This document shows, piece after piece, positions 29,414 to 39,918 of a stretch of DNA of 64,000 nt (its first letter is position 1; every line of letters begins with the position of its first letter). Below the pieces are notes generated by a model that did no database searches, was not told the origin of the DNA, and was given only the letters and a program-made list of their open reading frames with translations. A program made the position numbers and the translations under genes. The DNA lies in the IMG/VR virus record IMGVR_UViG_3300031867_000001, positions 160,001 through 224,000 of that record, one strand, 5' to 3'. This stretch comes from a virus. Lineage: Duplodnaviria > Caudoviricetes.

Positions 29414-30922
29414 ATGAAAATCCAAAGCTTATATGATATTGAAACAGAAATCAAAGTCAATGGATTGAAAGAAGTGACTTCACAAAATCCATACAAGACA
29501 CAGAACCAATATAATCCAGATGGTTTGTTCTCGGAAGAGATATTTGGTCAAACCGAGAATGAACGTCGATACAGATGTGGTTATATCAAATTACCAATTC
29601 ATGTCTTTAATGGTGGAATATATAAAACCATCATTTCCAGAAGCGGTGGTATTATCAAGAAAATGGCATGTGGTGAAGTCAAATGTAATTTGATTGATGG
29701 TGTACTCACGGCAGATGAAAATGGTAAATATTGTGGATTGGTCGATTTATATAATATCTGGGATAAGATCGATATTGAGAAAACATTATCGTCAAAACGT
29801 AAAGTGAATTTGGATATCTTAACCAAAAGCCCAAAGCGTTTGATATTCATCGATAAAGTATTGGTTGCACCTCCCAGTATGCGTGCAATTGGTATTAGAA
29901 ATGGAAGACAAGTAAAGAGTGAGTTGAATACCTTCTATATGACTTTATTGGGATTAAAGAGCGTCATGGCTCATACAACAACCGAAGATACATATCAAGT
30001 GTACAACAAGTATCAATCCACCGTTGTTTCCATATATGATTATATCAAGAACTTATTTGGTTCAAAGAATGGATTTGCACAAAAACACTTAGTAGCAAAG
30101 ACAACAACGTTCAATGCACGTAATGTCATATCTGCTCCAAAGTATAATACGGATAAACCAAACATTGGTTTATTCAGAACCGGATATCCATTACATTCAC
30201 TATGTTCCATGTTTAATCCATTCATCAAATTCCAATTGAAACAATTCATGTCATATTCCAATATCGTTTCGTTTCATCCAAATAAAGAAGAAGTAGATGC
30301 AGCATTATTGAGTCAAATTTATGATGATAAAATGATTGATGATTTGGTTAAAATTTATATGAACAATCCCGGATCACGTTTTCGTATTTTGTACTTAGAT
30401 CCAGATAATACAAAACCAATTATCTTTGAAGCGTTTGATATCAAGAATCAACAGCGTATTTCACGTCCATTAACATTAACCGACATTGTTTATATTGCAT
30501 GCAAACATGGTGTTGTGGATGCAAATAAAATGGCATATACGGTTCGATATCCAATCGGCGATTATATGGGCGCATTCTTCACCAGAATCCATATCTTATC
30601 AACCAACAAAGTCATGGACATTATGTTTATGGGAGAAACCTTTGAACAATATCCCGTTGTTGATTTGGAAGCATCACATGTTCGTGTATCAACCATGTTT
30701 GCAGAAACATTAACTCCATCCAATTCTCGGTTGAAAGCAATTGGTGGTGACTATGATGGTGATACCGTAAAGAGTGTTGGTATTTGGAGTGATGAAGCAA
30801 ATGCAGAAGCAGAGAAGCTTATGTTAAGTAAGATCTACAATATCACAACACAATGCACAACCATGTTTCCTATCGAGATAGAATGCTTGAATGGTTTATA
30901 TGCATTAACAAAAGATGAGTAA
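29414..30922 (+). CDS. RNA polymerase beta'-like subunit, N-terminal half with catalytic DYDGD (probably virion RNAP)
   Basis: DGLFSEEIFG, CGYIKLP, ARNVIS, VRYP, AIGGDYDGD. Confidence 0.9.
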   Translation: MKIQSLYDIETEIKVNGLKEVTSQNPYKTQNQYNPDGLFSEEIFGQTENERRYRCGYIKLPIHVFNGGIYKTIISRSGGIIKKMACGEVKCNLIDGVLTADENGKYCGLVDLYNIWDKIDIEKTLSSKRKVNLDILTKSPKRLIFIDKVLVAPPSMRAIGIRNGRQVKSELNTFYMTLLGLKSVMAHTTTEDTYQVYNKYQSTVVSIYDYIKNLFGSKNGFAQKHLVAKTTTFNARNVISAPKYNTDKPNIGLFRTGYPLHSLCSMFNPFIKFQLKQFMSYSNIVSFHPNKEEVDAALLSQIYDDKMIDDLVKIYMNNPGSRFRILYLDPDNTKPIIFEAFDIKNQQRISRPLTLTDIVYIACKHGVVDANKMAYTVRYPIGDYMGAFFTRIHILSTNKVMDIMFMGETFEQYPVVDLEASHVRVSTMFAETLTPSNSRLKAIGGDYDGDTVKSVGIWSDEANAEAEKLMLSKIYNITTQCTTMFPIEIECLNGLYALTKDE

Positions 30923-31125
30923 TGTGTATAATAAGAAAAAACTTTTTCATTGTACATATATTCTTTGATTGACCGGAGGTCAATCTTATTATATAATATT
31001 ATATAATAGAGAAAGAATAAAGAAAGATATACACATAAAGAGATATAACATGATACACATAAACAGCATACATAGGTATCATAGTATATTTTTTCCGCAA
31101 AGGAAATATAAGGGGCTGAGGATTT

Positions 31126-31437
31126 ATGGCTAAATTCTATATAGATGATCACAACAATATATCCGGAGACCATTACTTGGATTTATTCGGGAATAATGAT
31201 GTAAAAGATCGGTTGGTGGAAGATATGGATATTAAGAATTATAGCGATAAAATCGCCAGTAAATCAATTGGTGATACATTGGTCAAAATTCAAAATGGTA
31301 TCAACAATGGTGACAATTGTTTGTTACATATTCTTTTTTGTAATGAAATGAATATTGATGAATCATGTAACCATGATGATTGCGAACAATGTATCTTGAA
31401 ACACATCAATGATCGCATTCATAATAACAAGAAATGA
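31126..31437 (+). CDS. hypothetical Cys/His-rich protein
   Basis: 103-aa ORF with GAGG RBS. Confidence 0.6.
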   Translation: MAKFYIDDHNNISGDHYLDLFGNNDVKDRLVEDMDIKNYSDKIASKSIGDTLVKIQNGINNGDNCLLHILFCNEMNIDESCNHDDCEQCILKHINDRIHNNKK

Positions 31438-31478
31438 TGCGATTGATATAATAATGATAACAGATAGGAGAGTTGTTT

Positions 31479-32438
31479 ATGAAGTTAATTGATGGATTAC
31501 AGATGGCTTACGACATGTGTCCAGATGTGGATGAAAGCGAACAAACGAAAGAGCTGAATAAGTTATACCCAGATCCACAAGAATGGGCGGATGCTTACAA
31601 TTCTTACAGAGCGCAACCCCAGTTATATCCCAATATCGCAACAATGTTATGTTCTCCATACATTGAAGACAATTGGGGTGATGTCAATGGTATTGTCGCT
31701 ACATTCAATGAAGATGTACAAACTTCATTCCGTGAAGATTACAAGATCGATCCAAATAAGATCTTTACACAAGACATTGCTGCATTGCGTAGTCTTGCAG
31801 CGGATCAGATTCGTGTTAAGAAGTTATTTGAAAAACGTTTAACCGAGTCTTTGAAGGATAAGGATAAGTATGGATTGAATGAAAATGATATCATGGCAAT
31901 GCAAGCTTTAACTGCAGCGAATAATGCAGTAACAGCAATCAACAAAGAACAGATCAACATTCGTAAAAATATTGCGGATATTCGACTGAAACAACAGCAG
32001 AATCAAATGCGAAATACAAATAATTCCAGCGTTGACAGTGGTTCTATGGGTAATCAGTCATACAACTCTTCTTCGATCGGTCGTCAAATCATGGACGACT
32101 TGTTCAAGCAAGCTGGAACCAGAGTTGATCTTGATACGGTTATTCCATATACTGATTCAGTAGAAGGATCCATTGATCAAGCAGCGAATGTATTGGACGA
32201 ATTAATTCCTTCCAATCCTACCTCTACCAGATATGAAACATTAAATCCAACAACATATGTTCTGGTAGATGAAGCTGGGAATAATCTCGGATATGAAACA
32301 ATGGATGAAAACGGTAATGTCATCGAAGATTATAATAATCCAACTGCATTAATCCGTGAAATTGATCAATCAGCTGAAACTGCAATTGATGAATTGGATC
32401 GTGTATATCCAATCAAAAGAGTGAATAATCATGAATAA
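31479..32438 (+). CDS. hypothetical coiled-coil protein
   Basis: ATG after AGGAG; central coiled coil; terminator at 32450-32474. Confidence 0.75.
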   Translation: MKLIDGLQMAYDMCPDVDESEQTKELNKLYPDPQEWADAYNSYRAQPQLYPNIATMLCSPYIEDNWGDVNGIVATFNEDVQTSFREDYKIDPNKIFTQDIAALRSLAADQIRVKKLFEKRLTESLKDKDKYGLNENDIMAMQALTAANNAVTAINKEQINIRKNIADIRLKQQQNQMRNTNNSSVDSGSMGNQSYNSSSIGRQIMDDLFKQAGTRVDLDTVIPYTDSVEGSIDQAANVLDELIPSNPTSTRYETLNPTTYVLVDEAGNNLGYETMDENGNVIEDYNNPTALIREIDQSAETAIDELDRVYPIKRVNNHE

Positions 32439-32479
32439 GTAAATGTATAACAGTGGGGGATTATCCCCCACTGTATATT

Positions 32480-33090
32480 ATATGAAATATAATTTCTTAA
32501 TTTCTAATTCAAAAATTCTACCCATTCAAATCAAATAACGTTTTTATTTGATTTGAATGGAAGGAAGAAAACCTTTAATTGATTCTTTGATTTTAACCCT
32601 TAAGCGCAATCAAGAATCTAATTAAGGTAGATTTTAGAAATAAATTTTTGAAAATTCAATTTATCATGTAGTATTAGCGATTTATTTTTATTAATTTTTG
32701 AAATGGGGTGTTATTTGCTTATACCAATAGATTTTTAAAATCGAAAAAATCGAAAAATCGGCAAATTTCAAAAAATTGATGAAAATTTTCATAAAATGTG
32801 AATATATTTATAAAATATATTATAATTAATTATATAAAATTATTGATGAAATTTATGTCAAAAATGATAAAAATTGATTGATCTCCACCAATCAATTTTT
32901 CAATGTGAAACATGGGAATGTTCAAATTTGATATCAAATTGAAAACGGATATCCAAATTGATGATTCAATCAAAAATGAAGAATGATTGATATGATCAAT
33001 TTGAATTTGTATGTAGATCAATCTCCTCAATTCTTAGCAGTTTTAAGTAATTTATATAAACCCACCCCCGCCCGCGGGCGGGGTGTACCT
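32480..33090. other. long AT-rich non-coding region with nested inverted repeats (candidate origin/packaging site)
   Basis: Perfect 17-bp inverted repeat at 32522-32560, imperfect IR at ~32570-32628, tandem AAAATCG and a GC-rich hairpin at ~33063-33085. Confidence 0.45.
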
Positions 33091-33101
33091 TTATATTATA
33101 A

Positions 33102-33114
33102 GACCAAAATATAA
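33102..33114 (+). promoter_or_regulatory. candidate late promoter GACC-N6-TAA
   Basis: GACCAAAATATAA upstream of the tail sheath gene; near-identical to 29360. Confidence 0.4.
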
Positions 33115-33189
33115 TTGTCCGTGGTATTGTAACCGATTCTGCAGTACCTTAAACAATTAAAAATTCAATGTAAAGGAGATTTAAGGAAT

Positions 33190-36100
33190 ATGATTGATCC
33201 TAAATACAGTTTGAAATATCATTTTCCACATAGTGTTGTCCACATTGTAGACAATTCCATGTACACTGGCGAAACTGTTGTACAGCAAGTGCCTGATCCT
33301 TCACTGTTTTCGACAATCGTCGTAACGGGATTGCCTATGGGTGAAGACAATAAGTTTATCAGTGTTTCACGTTCTGATGTATTGAATACTGGTTTTGGAA
33401 TCAATACTCTGACAACGTCTGATATTAACAAATATTCTCAAGCTGTTGAGTATCCTATGGCTTTACTTCAGCAGAATGTTCCGGTTAAGCTGATGCGTAT
33501 TACACCTGATGATGCAACATACGGTCTGGCTATAATCATGGTTCAGTGGAAGAAGACTGATAAGATCAGAAACAACAAGTTTGAAGTTCGTTTCAGAGTA
33601 TTACCTGAATCTGTAATTAATACCGACTTTGCTGATTTGAGCGAGTACAAGAACGTATCTCGTTTGAATAAAGCAATCATCACCAAGTTCAATAATCGTA
33701 CGGAAGACGATTCCATGTACGAGTTCTCACTGCTTGAGTCTCAGCCGGCTGACTGGTCTACAAACTATAAGAAGTATTATGTATACAATGCAGAGACTCA
33801 GAAGTATGAGAACATTACTGGTGATAAGGCACCGGAGTTTGCTGCTAATACTTATTATACGAAGGAACTCGTATGGAATCAGAGAGTGTTCATGACTGTT
33901 ATTTCTGCAGGACGTGGTTCTGCTTATAACAGAATGAAGTTCTTCATTAATAAGGCTCCCCAGTCTCGTAGACAGACTGCGGTGGCATACAATTTCGGCA
34001 CGATTGATACACTGAACGGTTTGGTTGTTGAGAACTTTGTTGCTGCATTGATCAATAACTCCAACAGTGTACTGACCACTGATGTGATCAACTATACTGC
34101 TACGAAGATTGATACTGTAAACATTGCAGTTGCTAAGAGACTGGAAGGTTCTTCCGTCCTCGTTCCGACTGTCAATGAACAGGCAGTTCAGGAAGTATTT
34201 AATGAATACATGGCTTACTTCAAGTCCAAGAAGGAAGTCAATGATACGGAATATGCAAACTATGGTCAAGCATATGATGAGATCTACAGAACTCTGAATT
34301 CTTCCAAGTTTGATATGCTGTATGGTATGTTCAATTACAAGGAGGCAACATTCAAGCTGCCGTATTACCAGGTAGACATGTATGATACTGAGCTTCCGAA
34401 GCTTCCTGTAAACCAGCTCATCCAGACTCGTGAAGCAAACGCTCCGACCGGTGATACCAATCCTGATTACACCAAGGACGGTCCGGTATACAATACCATC
34501 CAAGGTTATGGTGCGACCGTCTATGATGATGCGGCAACCAATACCAAGACCATTGTTGGTAATGTCGATGTAGCTGCACCGAATCTGGTATTCGATTCTT
34601 ATATCAAGCAGGCAATCTCCCAGACATTCAATGATAACAATGCACCGGCTCCTGGTGACTTGTATCTGAGTGGTGTGAATAACAAGAATCCGTTCTTGAC
34701 GCTTGTAACAGGAATCAATCTGAAGAGTGGCGCTGTATCTACAATGACCTTTACCAAGGTTTACCAGCTTGACAGAAACGGTGCTATTGATAAGACAGTT
34801 CCTTCCAAGCTGATTTCTCGTGCATATTCGAACGTATCTCCGTTGTTGGTTTCTGGTTCTTCTACTGCATCAGGAGACTTCGTCAAGAAGCTGAATGCAA
34901 TCGGTACTTACGGTCTGAACACGGACGATGTCATTGCAGTATCTGGTATTTATGGCGAACAAGGGTCTGCTAATGGTGGTACGGCTGATGAGTATACTCA
35001 GTTCCATCTGTATAAGGTCACGATGAATACTGACGGTGTTGGTATTAAGAATTTAACTCAGTATCCGGCAAACCTGTACAGTGTAATTGACTATAACTCC
35101 AACTATCTCTATGAAAAGGGAGTAGACGCACAGATCTGCAGAAAGTCCAAGTATAATGAGAGTACGAGACCTGCTTCTTATTCTCGTCTTGGTTCTTTGT
35201 GGATCAATGATGTTTCCACTACTGTTAGTCATGGTGGAAATGGCAAGACCGCGGGTACTGCATCATTTGATGGTCATACTGGTGAAGGTCTTGGTACTGC
35301 TCCGTGTTATCTGGCATACTTCGATAAGAGTGGTGAACCTGTATTCTATACAGTATCAGCATATGCAACTTATGTTTCTGCCACTGGTGCTGGCGAATAT
35401 AGTGGTCATACCACGTTCTTCCGTGCATTTACTTCTGTTCCTACTGGAATTGCGGTTAATGTAAATACGGATATTATCGGTGAGCAGTTCGATGTCATGG
35501 TATATGACAGACCTGGTACAAATGACAATGGTTCCGGTCCGATCGGTCCTGTGAATATCGGCAATGATCCCGCTGAATACATCTTCAGATGCAATGTTCA
35601 GTCTGCCGTTAATAACACTTATCGTGTTACTTATGCGGCTGGAATTGATGTTCCTGCGAACTACTATCTGAATGATTATGGCGATATCGTCTATTCTACA
35701 ATCTCTACCTCTTCTTCTGAAGGTGGTATTCCGATTGTATGTGGATCTACTGGATTCTTCGATGATAACACCATTTCCGAATTGGAGTTCAAGTGGAAGT
35801 ATTCCGCACTTCTGGTTCGTGCATTCCGCGGTGAGATCGATCCTCGTATTCTGTCACCGATCCGTGTTCCGGCATTCTACCTGTTTGATGCAGGATTCAA
35901 TACGGTATGTGGCATGAACGTACTTCCGTACACTGTTCCGAATGTAGAGGATGTCATTTATGCATCCACCATCTTCACGGAAGAGGAGAAGGAAGCTGTT
36001 ATGTACGACAAGTCTACAATTGCATCCATCAAGTCTTATGAGGATATTGATGTTAAGCAAGCAATGTATGATTTGATGATTGAGCGTGTATACCAGAGAA

Positions 36101-36834
36101 TTCCTGAGCAGAATAGACCTGTTGGTCCTGGCTCTGGTCTGTCTCTCCATCTTGATGCAGGTGTTACAGATGCAGCTACTGCAATTGCTGTTAACAACTC
36201 CTTCAAGCAGAGATTCGACAATCCGAATGCTTCTTGGGATATCGGTGGTTATGTATCTGCAGAGAATGGCGTATCCTATACGTACCTGATGCAGATCGTA
36301 CGCAACTGCTTCAATCACTTCCGTGCATATTCCGTCAACAAGCCGTTTGTTGGTGACTACTCTGCTATTGACAGAACACAGTACCTGTCGTTCTTCCCGG
36401 ATCTGGACGCAACGGATTGGGAGATGAGAGAGCTCTACTACAATAGCGGTGGTAATGCATGGATCCAGGACGCTCAGGGTAACTTGACGAGACGTTCTCA
36501 GAGATCTCTCTATCGTGAAGAGACCGGTACATCTGATCTGTATCAGGAGTCCAATATGAGAACCCTGTCTCAGTTCTGTTATCTCATCCAGTCTGAGATC
36601 GATCATTATCTGCTTGAGTATAATGACGATGGTGTTATCAAGACCATGCAGGAGACTGTAAACAACAAGTTCGCTGGTTGGGCAGGTAACCTGGTTCAGT
36701 CTTATGACATTTCGTTTGCTCGTGATTACAACACCGATGGTGGCGACATCCTGGTTTGCAATGTAAATGTTGTATTCCGTGGTCTCATCCTCCGTGTTCC
36801 GATCATTGTAAACGTCAATAGACGTACTTCTTAA
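33190..36834 (+). CDS. contractile tail sheath protein
   Basis: 1214 aa; N-terminal PHSVVHIVDNS..MRITPDDAT, C-terminal RRSQRS..SDLYQESNMR..CNVNVVF typical of jumbo-phage sheaths; strong codon bias. Confidence 0.8.
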   Translation: MIDPKYSLKYHFPHSVVHIVDNSMYTGETVVQQVPDPSLFSTIVVTGLPMGEDNKFISVSRSDVLNTGFGINTLTTSDINKYSQAVEYPMALLQQNVPVKLMRITPDDATYGLAIIMVQWKKTDKIRNNKFEVRFRVLPESVINTDFADLSEYKNVSRLNKAIITKFNNRTEDDSMYEFSLLESQPADWSTNYKKYYVYNAETQKYENITGDKAPEFAANTYYTKELVWNQRVFMTVISAGRGSAYNRMKFFINKAPQSRRQTAVAYNFGTIDTLNGLVVENFVAALINNSNSVLTTDVINYTATKIDTVNIAVAKRLEGSSVLVPTVNEQAVQEVFNEYMAYFKSKKEVNDTEYANYGQAYDEIYRTLNSSKFDMLYGMFNYKEATFKLPYYQVDMYDTELPKLPVNQLIQTREANAPTGDTNPDYTKDGPVYNTIQGYGATVYDDAATNTKTIVGNVDVAAPNLVFDSYIKQAISQTFNDNNAPAPGDLYLSGVNNKNPFLTLVTGINLKSGAVSTMTFTKVYQLDRNGAIDKTVPSKLISRAYSNVSPLLVSGSSTASGDFVKKLNAIGTYGLNTDDVIAVSGIYGEQGSANGGTADEYTQFHLYKVTMNTDGVGIKNLTQYPANLYSVIDYNSNYLYEKGVDAQICRKSKYNESTRPASYSRLGSLWINDVSTTVSHGGNGKTAGTASFDGHTGEGLGTAPCYLAYFDKSGEPVFYTVSAYATYVSATGAGEYSGHTTFFRAFTSVPTGIAVNVNTDIIGEQFDVMVYDRPGTNDNGSGPIGPVNIGNDPAEYIFRCNVQSAVNNTYRVTYAAGIDVPANYYLNDYGDIVYSTISTSSSEGGIPIVCGSTGFFDDNTISELEFKWKYSALLVRAFRGEIDPRILSPIRVPAFYLFDAGFNTVCGMNVLPYTVPNVEDVIYASTIFTEEEKEAVMYDKSTIASIKSYEDIDVKQAMYDLMIERVYQRIPEQNRPVGPGSGLSLHLDAGVTDAATAIAVNNSFKQRFDNPNASWDIGGYVSAENGVSYTYLMQIVRNCFNHFRAYSVNKPFVGDYSAIDRTQYLSFFPDLDATDWEMRELYYNSGGNAWIQDAQGNLTRRSQRSLYREETGTSDLYQESNMRTLSQFCYLIQSEIDHYLLEYNDDGVIKTMQETVNNKFAGWAGNLVQSYDISFARDYNTDGGDILVCNVNVVFRGLILRVPIIVNVNRRTS

Positions 36835-36860
36835 TTCTATAGAAAGGAGAGCGTACAGTT

Positions 36861-38030
36861 ATGTCTGTTATTAGTTTCCAATCAGGTATTCGCGAATATA
36901 ATGGCGACCTTACACAGTATACTGGTATGCTCGGTGGCTTGACTCCGGATGTCCACACACTCCGGAGTTTAAACCCCGAAACTACCAACCGTGTAATCTG
37001 TGTAATGACGCGTGGACCATACTTCTTGATGCATTACTTTGGTGGAGATGGTGCTAATGCATATTCTTCAACCAGCCCGTTCATGCAGTACAAGAAAGTC
37101 ATTGAGTATTACAACATGGGAATTACTCCAAACTTTAATACTCAGGATCTTGGTACCACTCAGCTTCAGGGCGGTTTTGCAGGTAGAACCATTCCGATTC
37201 CTACCACGCAGAATGCACAGCAGGGTCAGACTTTACAGATCACGGTTCCTGAACTTGTCGGTCGTATCATGGCTAACGTTCATAATATGTGGGTTGATGG
37301 TATTGCCGACAGCATTACCGGTTTGACCACATATCATGGTTTGGTAGCAGGTTCTGAAAGTTCTGAAGATCACACACCTCAGAGAGTCTTCAGTAATGTA
37401 AATGGAACTGGTTCCACTGAAGCACTTGATCCTGGTCCCGCATGGGAAGTTGCTGAATTCATGTTGATTGCACTTGACAGAAGTGGTGCAAGAGTTGAAG
37501 GTGCTGTTATGGCACTGGGTTGTTTCCCGACTGGTAAGGTTGGTAATGACACAATCTTCACTCACAACAGAAACGGTCAGTCCCAGGTTCAGGAGTTGCA
37601 GCTGACATACAACTGCCAGTTTGTTCAGTCTGCATATATCAACGACTTGGCTTCCAGATATGTTCGTCAGTTTGCAATCTTCGGCAATAGCCTGAACTTC
37701 AATCCTGGTGCAGGCGATGCATTCTTCACCGACAGAAACAACAGCAATTCCGAGATCAACACGCCTATGTTCAACAATGGTGTACGTCCGACATTGGATG
37801 CTGTTCAGTCTGGTGTTGGCAATGCTCCTGTATTCAAGGCAAAGGGCGATTACGTATCTCGTCCTGGCGCAAAGGAACATGTCATTACTCCTGCAGATCA
37901 TTCTCAGATCTATGGCAACAATGGTACGAGTGGTCAGCTTGATCCGAATCCGACACCAATTGACAATCCATACAGCCTGGTATCTCCTGGCGCACTTCGT
38001 CAGAATGCCGCAACTGGTGCGGGTGTTTAA
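36861..38030 (+). CDS. tail tube protein
   Basis: Directly downstream of the sheath gene; LQITVPELVG..WVDGIAD..GLTTYHG..GCFPT..ELQLTYNC. Confidence 0.7.
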   Translation: MSVISFQSGIREYNGDLTQYTGMLGGLTPDVHTLRSLNPETTNRVICVMTRGPYFLMHYFGGDGANAYSSTSPFMQYKKVIEYYNMGITPNFNTQDLGTTQLQGGFAGRTIPIPTTQNAQQGQTLQITVPELVGRIMANVHNMWVDGIADSITGLTTYHGLVAGSESSEDHTPQRVFSNVNGTGSTEALDPGPAWEVAEFMLIALDRSGARVEGAVMALGCFPTGKVGNDTIFTHNRNGQSQVQELQLTYNCQFVQSAYINDLASRYVRQFAIFGNSLNFNPGAGDAFFTDRNNSNSEINTPMFNNGVRPTLDAVQSGVGNAPVFKAKGDYVSRPGAKEHVITPADHSQIYGNNGTSGQLDPNPTPIDNPYSLVSPGALRQNAATGAGV

Positions 38031-38052
38031 TCAAAAAAAAATAAGTGGTATG

Positions 38053-38076
38053 TGGTGGGGACGTACGTCCCCACCA
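38053..38076. terminator. G-tract/C-tract palindrome, probable bidirectional terminator
   Basis: TGGTGGGGACGTACGTCCCCACCA between convergent genes. Confidence 0.7.
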
Positions 38077-38085
38077 ATCCATTTA

Positions 38086-38478
38086 TTACGTTACGATGAA
38101 TAATTCCAAAATGTCAAATCGTTCATAATACATTCGTAATGCAAAGTATCGAATGTCTCTGAACGTGAAGAATGACGTGCCAATCTGATTTAATTTCTTA
38201 TCAGACTTTGTAACCATCTTCTTGGCAACAATCATACCATTCTCAATACGAGTTGGTTCTTTTGCTTTACCGATGATGGTTCTGTCGTAATACTTGTATT
38301 CTGCGTGTAAAGCAGCTTGAATTAATTCGTCATCATGAATCGTATCCAAATTATCCAAATCATATCCATCATCTTGCAATTCTTTATATAAGGAATCATC
38401 ATGAATGATGAATCGATATTTGTAATTCTTTGGTTTATGTGATTCAATTAATTCTGCACCGATCAATGTTTTTGCCAT
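38086..38478 (-). CDS. hypothetical protein
   Basis: Start MAKTLIG after GAGG RBS. Confidence 0.65.
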   Translation of the reverse strand: MAKTLIGAELIESHKPKNYKYRFIIHDDSLYKELQDDGYDLDNLDTIHDDELIQAALHAEYKYYDRTIIGKAKEPTRIENGMIVAKKMVTKSDKKLNQIGTSFFTFRDIRYFALRMYYERFDILELFIVT

Positions 38479-38488
38479 CTCATTAACC

Positions 38489-39121
38489 TCACTTAATAAT
38501 ATTCTTGACAAAGTATCTGATATATGCTTCCAAAGTAATTGGTATGATTTCACCTGGAATGATTTTGAACATGAATCGATTGTACAAATCATCAATCGAT
38601 GAATTATCATACATCATATCTTCATGAGAATCAAATTCTTCCATTGTTGCTTTCTTCACTGTGAAGTATGATGTGTCGATCGCTGGTGATCCTTCTAACA
38701 TGTCAAAATCAAATGGGAAGACATATGGTAAGTCATCTAATGTATCTCGAATCAGTTTTATGAATGGAATGTTGTCATTCAATATACATTCACCAAATAC
38801 AAGATAATTGGATAATGATATGACAATTGATTCCACAGCACATGTTACAAATGATTGTGTTGTTGCAACATTAATTGTTTTATTTAATACATTACTTTTC
38901 ATTTGATAAGATTCCAATGTATGTAACATCAAATCATCTTCATCATAATTGTCTGGCAATGTCTCAATAACAGAATTGTGTTCATCAAAGTTATGTTGTT
39001 TCATAAATCTATACATCATATCAATATCCATTGAATACACACGATGACATTGCAGTGTCATGTCTTGGTTGACACAACCCGGTGGTGTGTTTGTGTATGG
39101 CGAGAATCGAATACGATACAT
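38489..39121 (-). CDS. hypothetical protein
   Basis: 210-aa ORF with GGAGG RBS. Confidence 0.7.
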   Translation of the reverse strand: MYRIRFSPYTNTPPGCVNQDMTLQCHRVYSMDIDMMYRFMKQHNFDEHNSVIETLPDNYDEDDLMLHTLESYQMKSNVLNKTINVATTQSFVTCAVESIVISLSNYLVFGECILNDNIPFIKLIRDTLDDLPYVFPFDFDMLEGSPAIDTSYFTVKKATMEEFDSHEDMMYDNSSIDDLYNRFMFKIIPGEIIPITLEAYIRYFVKNIIK

Positions 39122-39127
39122 AATGTA

Positions 39128-39829
39128 TCACCTCCAATGTTTTGTTTCTTCAATTACAACATTTGCCAAATATGCAAGTAATTGCATATTGTATGCTTTA
39201 TAGTCAGCACCAATTCGTCCAAACGGGACATAGAATTGTTGTGGCAATTTGTCTTGAAGATATTTTGTTTGAAACTTACGTAAGTATGTGAATATCTCAT
39301 CATCGTAATCTTCAATCATTTTGAATATCTTCTTTAAATGTAAATTCATACCAAGTGTTTGTTCCATTAACATATCCTTGTTGATGTTTTGATATTTGAT
39401 ATAATCATTTGCATAATACATGTCAATGTTTTTATATCGAATGAATGAAGACCATTCACCTTTCTTGGAAAATTCAACACCTTCAATATTCGTAATGACT
39501 TTACGTTTTGTTCTCATAAATATTGCATCTGAATGTAAAGATATAATATCATCTTCCGATAATTCATTTGTTGTAATAAATTTTTGTCTTATATTTCGAA
39601 TACCTGATAATAGGCTTTCTGAGAAAGCTTTATCTTCCTTTTGTATCAGTCCAATCCGGACGACTCTATCTTCTTTTTTCATTAGATTCAATTGTGTGAT
39701 CAAGTCATTATCCAACAATTGAAATCTTTTTGATATGGATAATGACGCCGAGACCATATCATATTCACAAATATGCTCATGGAACATATACTGAATATTC
39801 GAGTTGGTCCAAACTTGTTTATCATGCAT
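39128..39829 (-). CDS. small DNA-polymerase palm-like protein
   Basis: CEYDMVSAS (motif A-like) and ISLHSDAIF (motif C-like) in 233 aa. Confidence 0.5.
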   Translation of the reverse strand: MHDKQVWTNSNIQYMFHEHICEYDMVSASLSISKRFQLLDNDLITQLNLMKKEDRVVRIGLIQKEDKAFSESLLSGIRNIRQKFITTNELSEDDIISLHSDAIFMRTKRKVITNIEGVEFSKKGEWSSFIRYKNIDMYYANDYIKYQNINKDMLMEQTLGMNLHLKKIFKMIEDYDDEIFTYLRKFQTKYLQDKLPQQFYVPFGRIGADYKAYNMQLLAYLANVVIEETKHWR

Positions 39830-39918
39830 AATGATAAAACCTCCATTCGTGTATTGATAATTCTATTTAAGAATATAATTATCAATCAAAAAATTATTGT
39901 ATAGGAGCGTGAATGTAA

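Noticed and set aside
33727-37901. Long antisense ORFs opposite the sheath and tube genes (also 41104-41721 and 58351-59202)
   Set aside because: Shadow ORFs produced by biased codon usage; no RBS or recognisable motifs.
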